A stretch of DNA of 64,000 nt, taken from an uncultured Nitrospinota bacterium. GTDB taxonomy: Bacteria; Tectomicrobia; Entotheonellia; J063; CAVPRW01. Within the stretch, counting starts at the first letter, position 1. Each line of letters opens with the position of its first letter. A program made the translations under genes and the position numbers. A model generated the notes under the pieces. That model searched no databases, was not told the DNA's origin, and saw only the letters and a program-made list of their open reading frames with translations. The stretch spans positions 160,001-224,000 of the forward strand of contig CAVPRW010000023.1 in assembly GCA_963707985.1 (NCBI GenBank). Reading direction: 5' to 3'. Shown here in pieces: positions 46,322 through 57,952 of this stretch.

Positions 46322-46567
46322 GCCGAACCATTGATTAACAAGTCATTTTGCCCTAATAAGGCGATACTGGCGTGGTTTTCGGGCAGTTTTGCCAATGCCC
46401 AGTATCAACGCTCTCAGGGCGCCATGACAACGGAAACCTTATATGCCTAACGCGAGCCGCAGTCAACAACCCCAACCCTCAATGAAGTCCGAACGTGCTG
46501 TGTTGTGAGAGAAGGGCGTTGTCACAAAAAAGGGTTGTTTTCGGGATGGGTGAGATTGTCCCAAAAA
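46322..46567 (-). repeat. Non-coding module copy 2
   Basis: Minus strand ends GGGCAAAATGACTTGTTAATCAATG-GTTCGGC; contains TTGACT-N17-TATAAG; outer palindrome cut by the TIR element at 46567. Confidence 0.7.
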
Positions 46568-47273
46568 GGCCCAAACCCAACAAGCATGTCACCAGAGGCA
46601 ATAAGGAAGTGATGAGCTCTAAAGCCTGAGAATTGAAAGAGTTCTCCGACCATACCTTTCATCCCCTGGACTTCCAGAGGCACCGGGAGAAACTCTTTGT
46701 AGCCTCTGCATAAGGCGGTAGTGCGCAATCCTGAAAGAGAATGCGTTATTCTCTTTCAGCCAAACAATTGTAGTTAGGCGGACGGCTCCCCTGGCTTTCA
46801 TGTACTACAGGAGGTGCTTCCCACAAACCTCGCCATCGATTCCGATACATATGCGGGGAGTTAACCGGATCTTGTTTGGCATATGGATGTTCGATTGTTC
46901 GATGAGTAACAAAGCCACATAGAGCGGAAAAATTCCCCCAATCTTGTGATGGGAAGCATTGATATCCCAGGGCTTATGCGGCTTCGGCAAGGTCGTCTTA
47001 ACTCCCCACCAGTGTATCGCAAATGCTGACGCGGTTTGTATCGTATTGAATTACATGGCGATCGTCAGATCGTATTGGAAACGATAATGGCAGTACCGCT
47101 CATTTTCGTCCGTCTGCTACCGGCGGTCCAGTTAGTTCCTTGCTGATGTAAAGGGTAGGAACTCAATTCCTACCCTAACGCGTAGATTTGTTGATTTTCA
47201 GATAGATCGATCGGAAAGTCTACCATGGGTCTAGGATACCACAACCAGCGCGGTAGCTACACATGAACCAAAT

Positions 47274-47921
47274 TTACTGTATCAGTGTATTCACTGCATG
47301 TACATGATCTCTTACATAAGGACGAGCATCGTTTGTACGTATCAGAACGTCAAAATGATTGCGCCGCAAAAAATCGACTACTATTTCACGTGTCGAAAAT
47401 TTTTCTGATTTGTTGGAACGGAAGTCATGACAAGCAATACAGGCATATCTCGTTCGGTTTATCATTTCTTTCATTCCCTTTATCGCAAGCCGTTCTCCCC
47501 CTTCAATATTCATCTTGAGCAGGTCGATGTACTCAATCTGGGCACGCTTGCAGATCTCATCTAATGGCAAGCCTTGGATCTTAATAACGGCCGTTGCGGT
47601 GGGTTGAAACTCCGTACTGTTAAGCTCATGATTGGCGAGGTCTTCAATATAAACATCGCCTTCTTTATCAATAGCAGCAACTTTGATACAGATAGTATTA
47701 GTAAGATGATTTAACTCGCAGAATTTTTCCAGGCGGCGGAAAGTTTTTGGATGAGCTTCGATAGAAATCACCTTTCCAGATACCCCAACGGATCGAGAAA
47801 ACACTAAGGTATCAAACCCGACTCCAGCTCCAACATCTACAATTATATCACCATCACTGGGTTTATAAAGATAGAACCAGTAGTCATTTGCTGCCTCAAA
47901 TACGCTTTCAATGTGGTCCAT
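47274..47921 (-). CDS. FkbM-family methyltransferase
   Basis: IIVDVGAGVG, VISIEAHP, IDLLKMNIEGGE. Confidence 0.88.
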   Translation of the reverse strand: MDHIESVFEAANDYWFYLYKPSDGDIIVDVGAGVGFDTLVFSRSVGVSGKVISIEAHPKTFRRLEKFCELNHLTNTICIKVAAIDKEGDVYIEDLANHELNSTEFQPTATAVIKIQGLPLDEICKRAQIEYIDLLKMNIEGGERLAIKGMKEMINRTRYACIACHDFRSNKSEKFSTREIVVDFLRRNHFDVLIRTNDARPYVRDHVHAVNTLIQ

Positions 47922-48011
47922 GGACAGTCCTCCTTGGCAACAGGGATAGGAGCGAAGGGGTGAGACGCGAGGCCTGCTGGCGACGCACCTGTGCGGGCCG
48001 GCATCGGCGCG

Positions 48012-48040
48012 AGTGTACCGGGGTGAGGTGCCGGTGTCAA
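48012..48040 (-). promoter_or_regulatory. Sigma70-type promoter for the FkbM gene
   Basis: Minus strand TTGACA-N17-TACACT. Confidence 0.65.
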
Positions 48041-48212
48041 TTGATAGGCGGTGGCCCAAACCTCATCATAATTCCCTTTCCGCCAGTGGGGAGGGTATTG
48101 CTCATTCCCTTTCATCCGATGGGGTCATTTCTGCTTATTGCCTCTGGTGACAAGCTTGTTGGGTTTGGGCCTAAGTGACAGATACAACCTAGAGGCCCTT
48201 GCATTCGACAGT

Positions 48213-49314
48213 TCAGCTGGTGCGTTGTCTGAGTAATTCTTCCGCGATAGCCTTGCGAGTCGCTTCCAATTTCTGGACCTCGACTTCTGCAGGCGCAATG
48301 ACCTTATCCCCTAGTGAGGTGATTAATCCCTCCAGGTTTTCGTAGCGGTGGACTTTCAGCACCCAGGAATATTTCCAGTAGTCTCGAAACATAGCGTAGG
48401 GGCGGGTTGCACCTTCCATCAGCGGCTGCACCGGGACTGCCAGAGTTGGCACAATGGCTTCCAACTCTTTAGGAAGACTACTGGGCTCTGTAAGGTCAGC
48501 AATGATGAACCGCGCCATATGCGCCAAGGTCGAGATGGTCTCTGTGAAATCGCGACTCCCAGGCGCTTCAAAATCAAACAAGATGGGCAGGTAGTTCCGG
48601 CGACGTAGCTCTTCTCGCATGGCATCAAGCACGGCTTTCCGTGCCGGGGTAAAGCGGCCCAGGATCAGCACCGCTTTGGAGGTGATGGTCTCGATGACCT
48701 CACGAATCTTCTCGTTGTGGAGCAGTAAATAGATGAACTGCGCCACTTCCAGATTGTCCACTGTGATTTCCGGTTCATCTTCACCGATGGGTGTGATCAC
48801 CAAATTCAACTGCTTTGTTCCTTTAATTTTTACATTCCAAGCAGCAATCCCATACACAGAACACCCTATTAGGTCTGCTCTCTCGAAGTTAGTCTCCACC
48901 AAGATGGCTGCCTCTAAGCTTGTCTGATGGAGCTTCGCCTCGGAGAGATTCCGCCTCGGTGAGGTTCGCCTCCATAAGGTTTGCTTCGCTGAGGTTCGCC
49001 CCGGTGAGGAGCGCCCCTATAAGGTTCGCCCCGGTGAGGTTCGCCCCGGTGAGGTTCGCCTCCATAAGGTTTGCTTCGCTGAGGTCCGCCCCGGTGAGGT
49101 TCGCCTCCATAAGGTTTGCTTCGCTGAGGTCCGCCCCGGTGAGGTTCGCCTCGATGAGGCCCATTCCACGGAGGTCCGCCTGGCGGAGGTCCACCTTGAC
49201 GAGGTCCGCCTCGCTGAGGCCTGCATCAATGACATGTGTCAGGTTTCGATTGCGCCAAGCATTCCAGGCTGCTACCCCTTCCCTCAGCCGTGCGAGATGT
49301 TCCTCATTCGTCAT
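48213..49314 (-). pseudogene. Pentapeptide-repeat protein with conserved C-terminal Rossmann/TIR-like domain; frameshift near 48940
   Basis: MTNEEHLARLREGVAAWNAWR, A(N/D)LxxA(N/D)L repeats (45-bp DNA tandem unit), ITVDNLEVAQFIYLLLHN, KAVLILGRF. Confidence 0.8.
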
Positions 49315-49989
49315 CGCTTATGCCTCCTCCGCCTGGCCATAGGTATTGAGGCCAATGCGACCGTTGCCCGCATAGCGCAGATTCAGCGATCGTCACCGCT
49401 AGCCCGTATCGTTCCGCCGGAGAGTCTACCAAAAACGGAGGTTTTTGGGACGGCATGGCAAACAACAAAATATGTTGCGGCTGTGTGACGGCAAGAAGCT
49501 GCCATCACACACCACAAACCCGATTGCAAGGCTCACAAACGGTGGTTTTTGAGAATCACGGGCAAGAGAAGTGCATCGCACACGCGTGGGTGGTTTGCCG
49601 TCACCATCCGAAGGGCGCTGACAGTCCCATTAGTCGCCCTCCTTGGGCGCACGTGAAAGCCATCATGTCTTGGGCTAGAGGGGTGTTGAACGGCCCCATG
49701 CGAATTGCATCTTATAACCCTAAGGTGCAACTGAAGTATATCACAGCCACGGAAGTATGCAAAAAATCAAGGGTGGGGGAGCTCTCAATTTTGACTGAAA
49801 GGTGCAATTCAATTAGGAAGGGCATGGTTTTTAAGTCATTGATTAGCGGCTCGTCTTCCGTCGGTATCAAGCCCGATACCCGCTCCCACGCCCAAGCCCC
49901 TTGGTCCCACTCAACCCCGTCTGGCGCAAGGCGGTTCTGTCGCAAGTTTTCATTGGAGTCGTTTTAGGGTATGATCCCTCGCTGTGACT

Positions 49990-50820
49990 GGTTGTGTCGC
50001 AAATTTTGCTCAAGAGGTAATGAAGGGGCAGTTGGCCCTGTCTGTGGAGGGATTATGCCGCGAGGGAGTAGAACAGTTCAGCCACCGTGAGATTCTCGTT
50101 TCCCTCCTCAGCCACCAGCTGCCGTTTCTTGAGCATGTGCATCAGTTCGATCCCAACAAGAGTTGACTGCGCCGTGTCAAACAATTTGAACCCCAACATC
50201 GGACGCGTCATCCGCTTGATCGCTCGATGGTCCTGTTCGATAATGTTATTCAAATACTTCACCTGACGGATGATGATGTGGGTGCCGTGCACCTCATTGT
50301 AGCGTTTAATCGCCGCTTCATTGGCCTCACTGCCATCAATGGTGATCGTCTCGGGGACCCCGTGACGGCGGATCGCTTGCGTCAGAAAGCGCAACGCGGC
50401 CTCGGTATCCTGGTGCTCCGTGAGGAGAAAGTCAATGGTCTGCCCAGACTTGTCTACCGCCCGATACAGATACCGCCACGCCCCCTTGACGCGGATGTAG
50501 GTCTCGTCCATGCGCCAGCTGCGCCCGACCGGGCGCTTGCGGCGGTAGAACGCGGCTTCCAGGTGGAGACTGTATTTCACGACCCAGCGCTGGATGGTCG
50601 CGTGGTCAATCGGCACCCCGCGCTCCTCCATCAGTTCTTCGACATGCTGGTAACTCAGGGGATACGCCAGATACCAGCGCACGCAGGTCAGGATAATCTC
50701 TTGTGGGAAATGGGCTCCCTTGAAACTCACCGCCATTGTCTCGCTCCCTCTCATAGCACCCGAAGTCACAGCGAGGGATCATACCCTAAAACGACTCCAA
50801 TGAAAACTTGCGACAGAACC
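49990..50820 (-). mobile_element. Complete IS6-family element (transposase 50053-50736)
   Basis: TIRs GGTTGTGTCGCAAA / ACTTGCGACAGAACC; FKGAHFP, WRMDETY, YLYRAVD, YLNNIIEQDHR. Confidence 0.92.
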
Positions 50821-50968
50821 GCTCCGATTCGGCAATCTGTTGCGCGAGAGCGTCCTCGGTCTGGATGATCAGATGGACCTGCGCATGTTCCGTCACACCG
50901 GACACTGGCTCGAGGGGTTTAAAGACCCCATCTTCATAGACCGCTGGAATCGACTGCTGCACACCCAT
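50821..50968 (-). pseudogene. DUF104-type antitoxin truncated by IS6
   Basis: SIPAVYEDGVFKPLEPV. Confidence 0.7.
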
Positions 50969-51212
50969 GGCCAGCACTCCTCTCGCTGTGACACGTCTCT
51001 CTCTGACGTGGTCGCACAGCATCTTTGGGCAGAAAAAATTGGTAGTGCACTCCATGGCATGCTTTTTCTCGAACACCCGCTACGACCATTGTTGATATGC
51101 AACGGGTTCTAACGCCGCTATGGCCGGTGAGCATGACGTGGATCTCACAACCGTCATCACGGCCCCGAATCGGCAGATCTGAGCCGAGTCGCAACAGACC
51201 TCACCACCAGGG

Positions 51213-51720
51213 CTAGCCTCCAAGACGTGTGATCAGCACCCACATGGGTCTCTTGCCCACGGCATACGTCTCTAGGGGCGTGAGCGCACCCGTCTCACGA
51301 TTGACCCGATACGAGGCCAGACGGTTCGACGTCGAACCGGCGGCGAAGACGAATTTGCCCTCGGGGTCGAGGCTGAAGGCGCTTGGGACCGCTTCGGTCG
51401 ATACGTGCCCGATGGCCGTCAACCGCCCGGAGGAGGCATCGACGGAGAAGCCCGCGATACTGTTGTGGCCGCGGTTCGGCGCATACAAGAATGTCCCCGA
51501 CGGGCGTGATTTGAATCTGCGAGCAGGTGTTCCTTTCGGTGTAACCGGCGGGGAGCGTCGTGATCGTTTGAAACGCCGACAACGTGCCCGCAGACGTGTC
51601 GAGACGATAGCCGGTGACACTGCAACCCTGCTCGTTGGAAAAGTAGAGGATGTTTTGGGTGGGATGAAAGCAATAGTGGCGCGGCCCCAGGTGTTCGGCC
51701 GGCTCGACCCGTATTGGCAT
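51213..51720 (-). pseudogene. 6-phosphogluconolactonase-like beta-propeller, 3' fragment
   Basis: GPRHYCFHP..LYFSNE, FLYAPNRGHNSIA, PSAFSLDPEGKF, GKRPMWV. Confidence 0.75.
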
Positions 51721-52189
51721 TGATCGACCTCCTCCGCATGCGCTCACGTTTCTTACCGTCTATGTCATGGTACAGCGCCACGATAAAAGCCAGTGGCGCG
51801 TGGAGGATAGGGGGCAACGTCGCAGGCCTCCTCGCGGTTGCGCATCAGGAAAACCCCGGACGTATGGGGCAAGGATGCCTGTGAGAGAAAAAAATGTCAA
51901 GGATTTGGCGAGCTACAGTCTATTGGAAGCGTTAAGTAGACAGGGGAGAAGCTCCCCGGAAGTGACGCCTCGACTCAACCCCGAGCCCCCCGGAATCTCT
52001 CGGTCTCCATCCCCTGGGGTATGGTGTTCCGTTGTCGTTCACAGCAAAAAGTCTGGTAACATGGTGGCCGTCGTAGCTTCATACCTATACCCTGTCAGGA
52101 CGCCTGCCACGTCAGCGCCGAAGAAACCGAGCTGGGTAGGGAAAGCCCGAAGCGCCGTATCGTCCGCACAGGATCAGGGGGTAGACGAG

Positions 52190-53614
52190 GTGAAAGACCA
52201 TGACGGACCGAACAAATGGCTGGTGACGGCGACCGTCGTGTGTGGTACCCTCTGCATCGGCGTCACCATGAGCATGATGAACCTCGCCGTCCCCTTGATG
52301 ATCTCCGATCTGCACACGGACATCGACACCATCCAGTGGATCATCACCGGGCCGATGCTGGTAAACATCGCACTCGTCCCCGTGGTGAACTGGCTCACGA
52401 CCCTCATCGGCACCCGTCAGGTATACTTGTGGGCCATCGCCATCTGGATTGCGACCTCGCTGCCCTGCGGGCTGGCGGACACGGCTAGGGGAGTAATCTT
52501 CTACCGCCTGCTCCAGGGCATCGGGGGAAGCCTGCACATTCCGACGGTGATCACCGTCATGTATCAAGCCTTCCCACCCCATCAGCGGGGGCTGGCAATG
52601 GGGCTCCAGCAGGGAGCGCAGTGGGTCGCTCCGGCTGTGGGCATGACCCTGGGCGGCCATCTTCTACAGCTGCATGGCTGGCGGGTGCTGTTTTTCTATC
52701 CCATCCCCATCGGCCTGATCAGCATCGCGCTAGCCCTGTGGGGGATCCCCAAGATGCGGGACGCTACCCACCATGCCCTGGACTGGTGGGGATTGGCAAC
52801 GCTCACGCCGGCGCTCACCCTGCTACTCTTCGCCCTGAGTCAGAGCCAACGGCCGGGCTGGAGCCGCCAGGCTCTTCTCCTGTTGATCGCCGCCGGGCTC
52901 ATCGGCCTGGTCGTCTTCGCACTGATGGAGCGTGGGCAGAAGGCCCCGGTCATCGACTTTGGGCTGCTTCGTGAGCGTGCCTTGAGTGCCGCTTGCAGCG
53001 TCTACTTCCTGAACACGTTTACGGGAATGGGAGTGAATTTTGCCATCATCGTCTATCTGCAACATGCGCTCGGCTACAGTCCGCTGCAAGTCGGGTTCTT
53101 GCTCCTTCCAGCGACGATAGGGCGTGTGGGTGGCGAGCTGGCGGCTGGCCATCTTGCCGACCGCTTCGGGGCTCGTGGGCTGAGTCTAGCCGGACTGCTG
53201 ATCTTTGCCGTCTCATGTGCTGCTCTGGGACGGATAGGTCAACAGTCCGGTAGCACGCTGATTGGGGGGCTATTGATTGTCGGCAATCTCGGTATGGCGC
53301 TCAGTAACTCCCCGATGATCTATGCCGGTCTGCGGACCTTGCGCCATGAGCAGATCGGCATGGGCAGTGGCCTGCTGAGCCTGGTGCGGATCAGCGGCGG
53401 CACGTTTGGCGTGGGAGCTGTCGGCCCCCTGGTGACAATCGCCGAGCGCTGGAGCGGTATTAGCCTGGCAGGAGACTCGCTGCCTCGCGAGGTCCAGGCG
53501 ACCTCGCTATTGGCTGGCTATCACATCTATTTTTTCCTGATGGCACTGTTGATTTTGAGCACGATGCTCCCAGCGTCCCTGGTGCCGCCGGCTTCGCGGC
53601 ACGCCGAGGGGTAA
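52190..53614 (+). CDS. DHA2 (EmrB/QacA-like) MFS transporter
   Basis: About 14 TM segments; IFYRLLQGIGG, FPPHQRGLAMG, LDWWGL. Confidence 0.9.
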   Translation: MKDHDGPNKWLVTATVVCGTLCIGVTMSMMNLAVPLMISDLHTDIDTIQWIITGPMLVNIALVPVVNWLTTLIGTRQVYLWAIAIWIATSLPCGLADTARGVIFYRLLQGIGGSLHIPTVITVMYQAFPPHQRGLAMGLQQGAQWVAPAVGMTLGGHLLQLHGWRVLFFYPIPIGLISIALALWGIPKMRDATHHALDWWGLATLTPALTLLLFALSQSQRPGWSRQALLLLIAAGLIGLVVFALMERGQKAPVIDFGLLRERALSAACSVYFLNTFTGMGVNFAIIVYLQHALGYSPLQVGFLLLPATIGRVGGELAAGHLADRFGARGLSLAGLLIFAVSCAALGRIGQQSGSTLIGGLLIVGNLGMALSNSPMIYAGLRTLRHEQIGMGSGLLSLVRISGGTFGVGAVGPLVTIAERWSGISLAGDSLPREVQATSLLAGYHIYFFLMALLILSTMLPASLVPPASRHAEG

Positions 53615-53638
53615 GCGCTTGTCTGCGAGGAGGAGGCG

Positions 53639-55973
53639 ATGAATCGTAGCCTGCTGGAGGACCTGCAAGCCGCTGTCCCCAAGTATACGGGCACATTATC
53701 TCTGCGAGGGTTGGCGCACCCTGTGCAGATCTACCGCGACCAGCTGGGCATTCCGCACCTGCGGGCGCACTCGGTGCCTGATGCCTTTTTCGCGCAGGGG
53801 TTTGTGCACGCCCAGGACCGCCTCTGGCAAATGGATTTCGATCGCCACCGCGCCTATGGGAGAGCTGCTGAATATCTCGGCCCCAGGGCCATTCCACAGG
53901 ATGTGTTGCTACGCCGCCTCCGCCTAGAGGCCAGCGCTCGGGCTGACTATCAGGCGGTCAACGTCGAGACCCGCACCATGCTGGACGCCTACGCGGCAGG
54001 CGTGAATGCGTTTGTGCAGGCGACAGACCGGTTGCCGATCGAGTATCAACTCCTGGCCACCTCTCCAGAGCCCTGGCAGCCTTGGGACGCCTGCGCCGTG
54101 TTCAAAGTCCGGCATGTGTTCACCGGGGGCGTGTGGCAGGGAAAACTCTGGCGCGCGCGACTCCTTCGTCAGATCGGACCGGAGCTGACCGCCAAACTGT
54201 ACGCTGACGAGTCCTCCGGTCAACCGTTGATCATCCCCCCTGGCCTGGATTATTGTGGTCCTGCGCTGAACGGTCTGGAGGCGCTGCGCGCTGGCGCAGC
54301 CGTGGTGAGCGTGCTGCAAGAGCTCGAGGGTGGTAGCAATAACTGGGTTCTCATTGGCCAGCGCAGCGCCAGTGGTGCTCCGCTGCTCGCCGGCGACCCC
54401 CACCGGGCGCTCGATACTCCCAATGTGTTCTATCAAAATCACCTCGCGTGCCCCGAGTTCGATGCTGTGGGGTTGTCGTTCCCAGGCGTGCCAGGGCTGC
54501 CCCACTTCGGCCATAACCGCGCCGTCGCCTGGTGTGTCACCACCGCCATGGCAGACTACCAGGACCTCTACCTCGAACGCTTCCACCCCGGCAACCCGCA
54601 GCTCTATGAGAGTCGAGGGACAATGGCGTCCGGTGCAGCACCAGCGCGAGGTGATTCGGGTGCGCCACGGCCAGCCAGTGGAGATCGACGTCAGCGTCAC
54701 CCATCATGGCCCGATCATCATTGGCGATCCGGCCCAGGGATATGCCCTCGCCTTGCGCTATACGGCGCTGGCCGAGCCCAATGCCAGCTTCGATGCGCTC
54801 CTTCCGATGCTGCGTGCGCCTGGTGCCGACGCGTTCGAGGAGGCACTGCGCCCCTGGGTCGATCCCTGCAATAACATCCTGTTCGCCGACGTGCACGGTC
54901 AGATCGGCTACAGAACGCGGGGCCAGGTGCCGATTCGTTCCAGGGCCAACGCCTGGTTGCCGGTGCCCGGCTGGACGGCTGCACATGACTGGCAAGGGAT
55001 AATTCCCTTCGAGGACATGCCACACCTGCGCAACCCTGAGGCCGGCTTTATGGCCACGGCGAATAACCGCATCGTCGATGAGACGTATCCGCATTACCTG
55101 GCGCTGCATTATGAACCGGGTTTCCGGGCTCGACGCATCCGCGACCGTCTCCGCCCCTTGACTGCGGCCAGCGGGGCGGATATGGCGACCATCCAGGCCG
55201 ATCGTGTCTCGATTCCCGCCCAAGCCTTTGTTGGCATGCTGGGGCATGTGGAAGTGGTCGATACGCTCTCCGCCCAGGCCAGGTCATTCCTGCAGCAATG
55301 GGACGGCACCATGGCACCGGACAGTGTGGCCGCGACGATCTATGCCGTGTGCCGGGATGAATTGATGCGACTGGTCATGGAGCCGGTGTTGGGGCCGTTG
55401 GCACGTGAGGCACTCGGGGGCGGTCTCTATGGTACCCTCATGCCGTTGGGGCAACTGCGGGAGCGATTATTGATCATGATGCAGGCGGATGATCGCACGC
55501 TGTTGCCGGCTGGCGAGACGTGGGTGTCATTGTTGGCGCAGGCCCTGGCGCGGACGGTGGCGTGGTTACGACAAACATTAGGAGACGACCCGCAGCACTG
55601 GCAATGGGCACGACTACATCGCACCACGCCCCGGCACCCTCTTGCAGCCGAGTTCGCGGAGTTTGCCGAAGGGCTGAACCCGCCCGCAGTTGCGACCGGC
55701 GGCGATGGGGACACCGTGCAGGCGGCATCGATCAGCGCCACGGGCGGGTACACCGTGGGTGGCACTGCGGTGACGCGTTTCGTCTTCGATCTGAACGATT
55801 GGCAGCATAGCGCCTGGGTGGTACCGCTCGGGGCCTCCGGCCATCCCGGCAGTCCGCATTACACCGATCAGGCCGCTACCTGGGCGGCCGTCCAGCTCTA
55901 TCCGATGCTCTACGACTGGACACAGATCAGTGCTGAGGCGGAAACGCAGCAGAGTCTGGAGCCGATGGTGTGA
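53639..55973 (+). CDS. Penicillin acylase (S45) family protein; frameshift near 54620
   Basis: [53 protein letters not shown]. Confidence 0.9.
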
Positions 55974-55976
55974 TCG

Positions 55977-57450
55977 TCACCAACTCCAATGACTGGGGAG
56001 CTGCGGTGTAGATGTCGTCCGATTGGGTGGACCTGTGATCGTTAACAGGATGAGCAATCGACTGTCGACTCCCGGCTCAGCGTGCGCACGAATCCTAAGC
56101 TGATAGGTCTGGTCTGCGGCTGTGAGCGGTGCGGTTCCGCTGATGTGGAGTTGTTCATGATCTAATAACAGCCAGTGGGGCGCGTCGCCGGGTGCCTCAA
56201 GCGTGACTTGGACGGGCCTCTCCTCAGGTGGGTATGCCAATGTTGGCAAGGGGAACACAAACGGCACTCCGGCTTCGGCATGGTATGAGACCTGGAGATG
56301 ATTCCACTGGAGACTGCGGGGTGGTCCTTTCCCATCCGACGGTTCTGGACCTGCCTCATTCGAATGCCTCCACAACGCTTGGTCGGGAGCAGCTGACGGC
56401 CCATCGACCAGATGGGTCGCTCCAGATAAGGGGGGCGTCTGGCCAGAGGCGACGTCAGAACCGTCCCATGGCGTTTCTGAGCCAGCATTGGAGGCCAGCG
56501 TTAGGCGTTCGAGAGGCTGGGATCGATACAAGGCCAGCCAGGCTCCACCGCCCAGGGTCAGGGCGAGAGCCAGAGCAACGCCCTGCGCAGTCAGGAACTT
56601 TCGCCATGGTGAATTCCACGTCAGATGGAACCCCCGTCCGCCTTCCTGCCCTTGCACCTCCACCCACGCCTGGCGGATGTGCTTGGTGATTGATGCGGTG
56701 GCTGCCGTGGACATAGGCGGCAAGCATGGCACGATCGCAGAGTAGGTTGATTTTGCGTGGAATTCCTCTGGAAAGCCGAAAGATGACGGTAAAGGCGCCT
56801 CGGGAAAACTGCACCCTCCCGCGTGACCCTGCCACTACCAGCCGGTGATGGATATAGTCCCCGGTTTCCTGACGGTTCAAGGGCCGGAGATGATAGCGCA
56901 GGGCAATGCGTTGGTTGAGCTGGCGCAGATCCGGTCTGGCTAGCTGCTGCCGAAACTCAGGCTGACCAACGAATACGATTTGTAAGAGTTTTCCCCGCTC
57001 GGTTTCGAGATTCGACAGCATCCGAATCTGCTCCAACACGGGGGGCGCCAGATTTTGCGCCTCATCGATGATCAGCACCGCATTGCGACCAGCACTAAAT
57101 TCCCGGATCAAATATCCCTGCAGCGTATCGATCAACTCTTTTCGCGTGGCTCCCGACGCCGCGATGCCGAAGTCCTCGTTGATCGACCGTAGTAGGTCAA
57201 GCTCAGACAGGAATGAATTGAAAATGAGGGCCGTCCGCACGTTTCCGCCCACATGGTCGAGCAGCGTTCGACACAGCAAGGTCTTTCCAGTCCCCACCTC
57301 ACCGGTGATGGCGATGAAGCCCTGGCGTTCTTCAATCCCATGTAGCAGGTATCCGAGAGCTTCTTGATGGGATTGACTGCGGAACAGGAAGCGGGGGTTG
57401 GGAGTGATGCTAAAAGGGTCCTCGTGAAGGCTGAAAAATGACTGGTACAT
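55977..57450 (-). CDS. ExeA/GspA-like AAA ATPase with TM and C-terminal Ig-like domain; frameshift near 56690
   Basis: FFSLHEDPFSITPNPRFLF, ITGEVGTGKT, IIDEAQNL, RQLNQRI, GIPRKINLLCD; C-terminal HWL..LHISGTAP. Confidence 0.85.
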
Positions 57451-57952
57451 CACAGGCTTTCCGGACGAGCCACAGCGCCAACACGGTGAATCCGCCTGAG
57501 CTACCGACGTCATGCGATCGCAGGCTGGAGCTACAAAGGTCGCATCACATCGACGGGGATAAGACGAAATGCCAGTAACCACCAGTGGACCCTGTGGCCC
57601 ATTGGTGGTTTGGTCGACCGCTGTGAGGGCGTAGACACCTGCGTCTAGGCATATCGGATGCCGGCCTCGAGCTGTGTTGATCTCATGGAGGGCCGAGGGC
57701 AGGTATCACCCGTCCTCGACCCCACCATCCACATGCGCGATAGCCAGTTCCGACACATTCAGCCAAGCACGACCAGATTAACCCCTCTTATACCTTAGTA
57801 CACATCATTGTCAAGAAAAACGTTGCCGGATTTCTTCGCGGCCCAGTGCAGACGTTCTAATCTTGCCTCTCGTACCGGATCGGCGATAATCGCTTGCATT
57901 GGGCTAGCTTTCGCCTACCACCATGCCCCCGGATGGTAGAGGATACACGGTG

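Larger units (their letters stand above)
46567..48172. mobile_element. Transposase-less element with 39-bp TIRs carrying a methyltransferase gene
   Basis: AGGCCCAAACCCAACAAGCATGTCACCAGAGGCAATAAG (46567-46605) versus the inverted copy at 48134-48172, 38/39 match. Confidence 0.8.

Noticed and set aside
48955..49220. Tandem 15/45-bp repeats resembling a CRISPR or VNTR
   Set aside because: No unique spacers; they encode in-frame pentapeptide repeats.
51100..51200. TTCTAAC as another attC
   Set aside because: No matching palindromic arm or GTT box could be identified.
51767..52189. Long N-terminal extension of the MFS transporter
   Set aside because: Not protein-like; a GTG start with RBS at 52190 fits the family.
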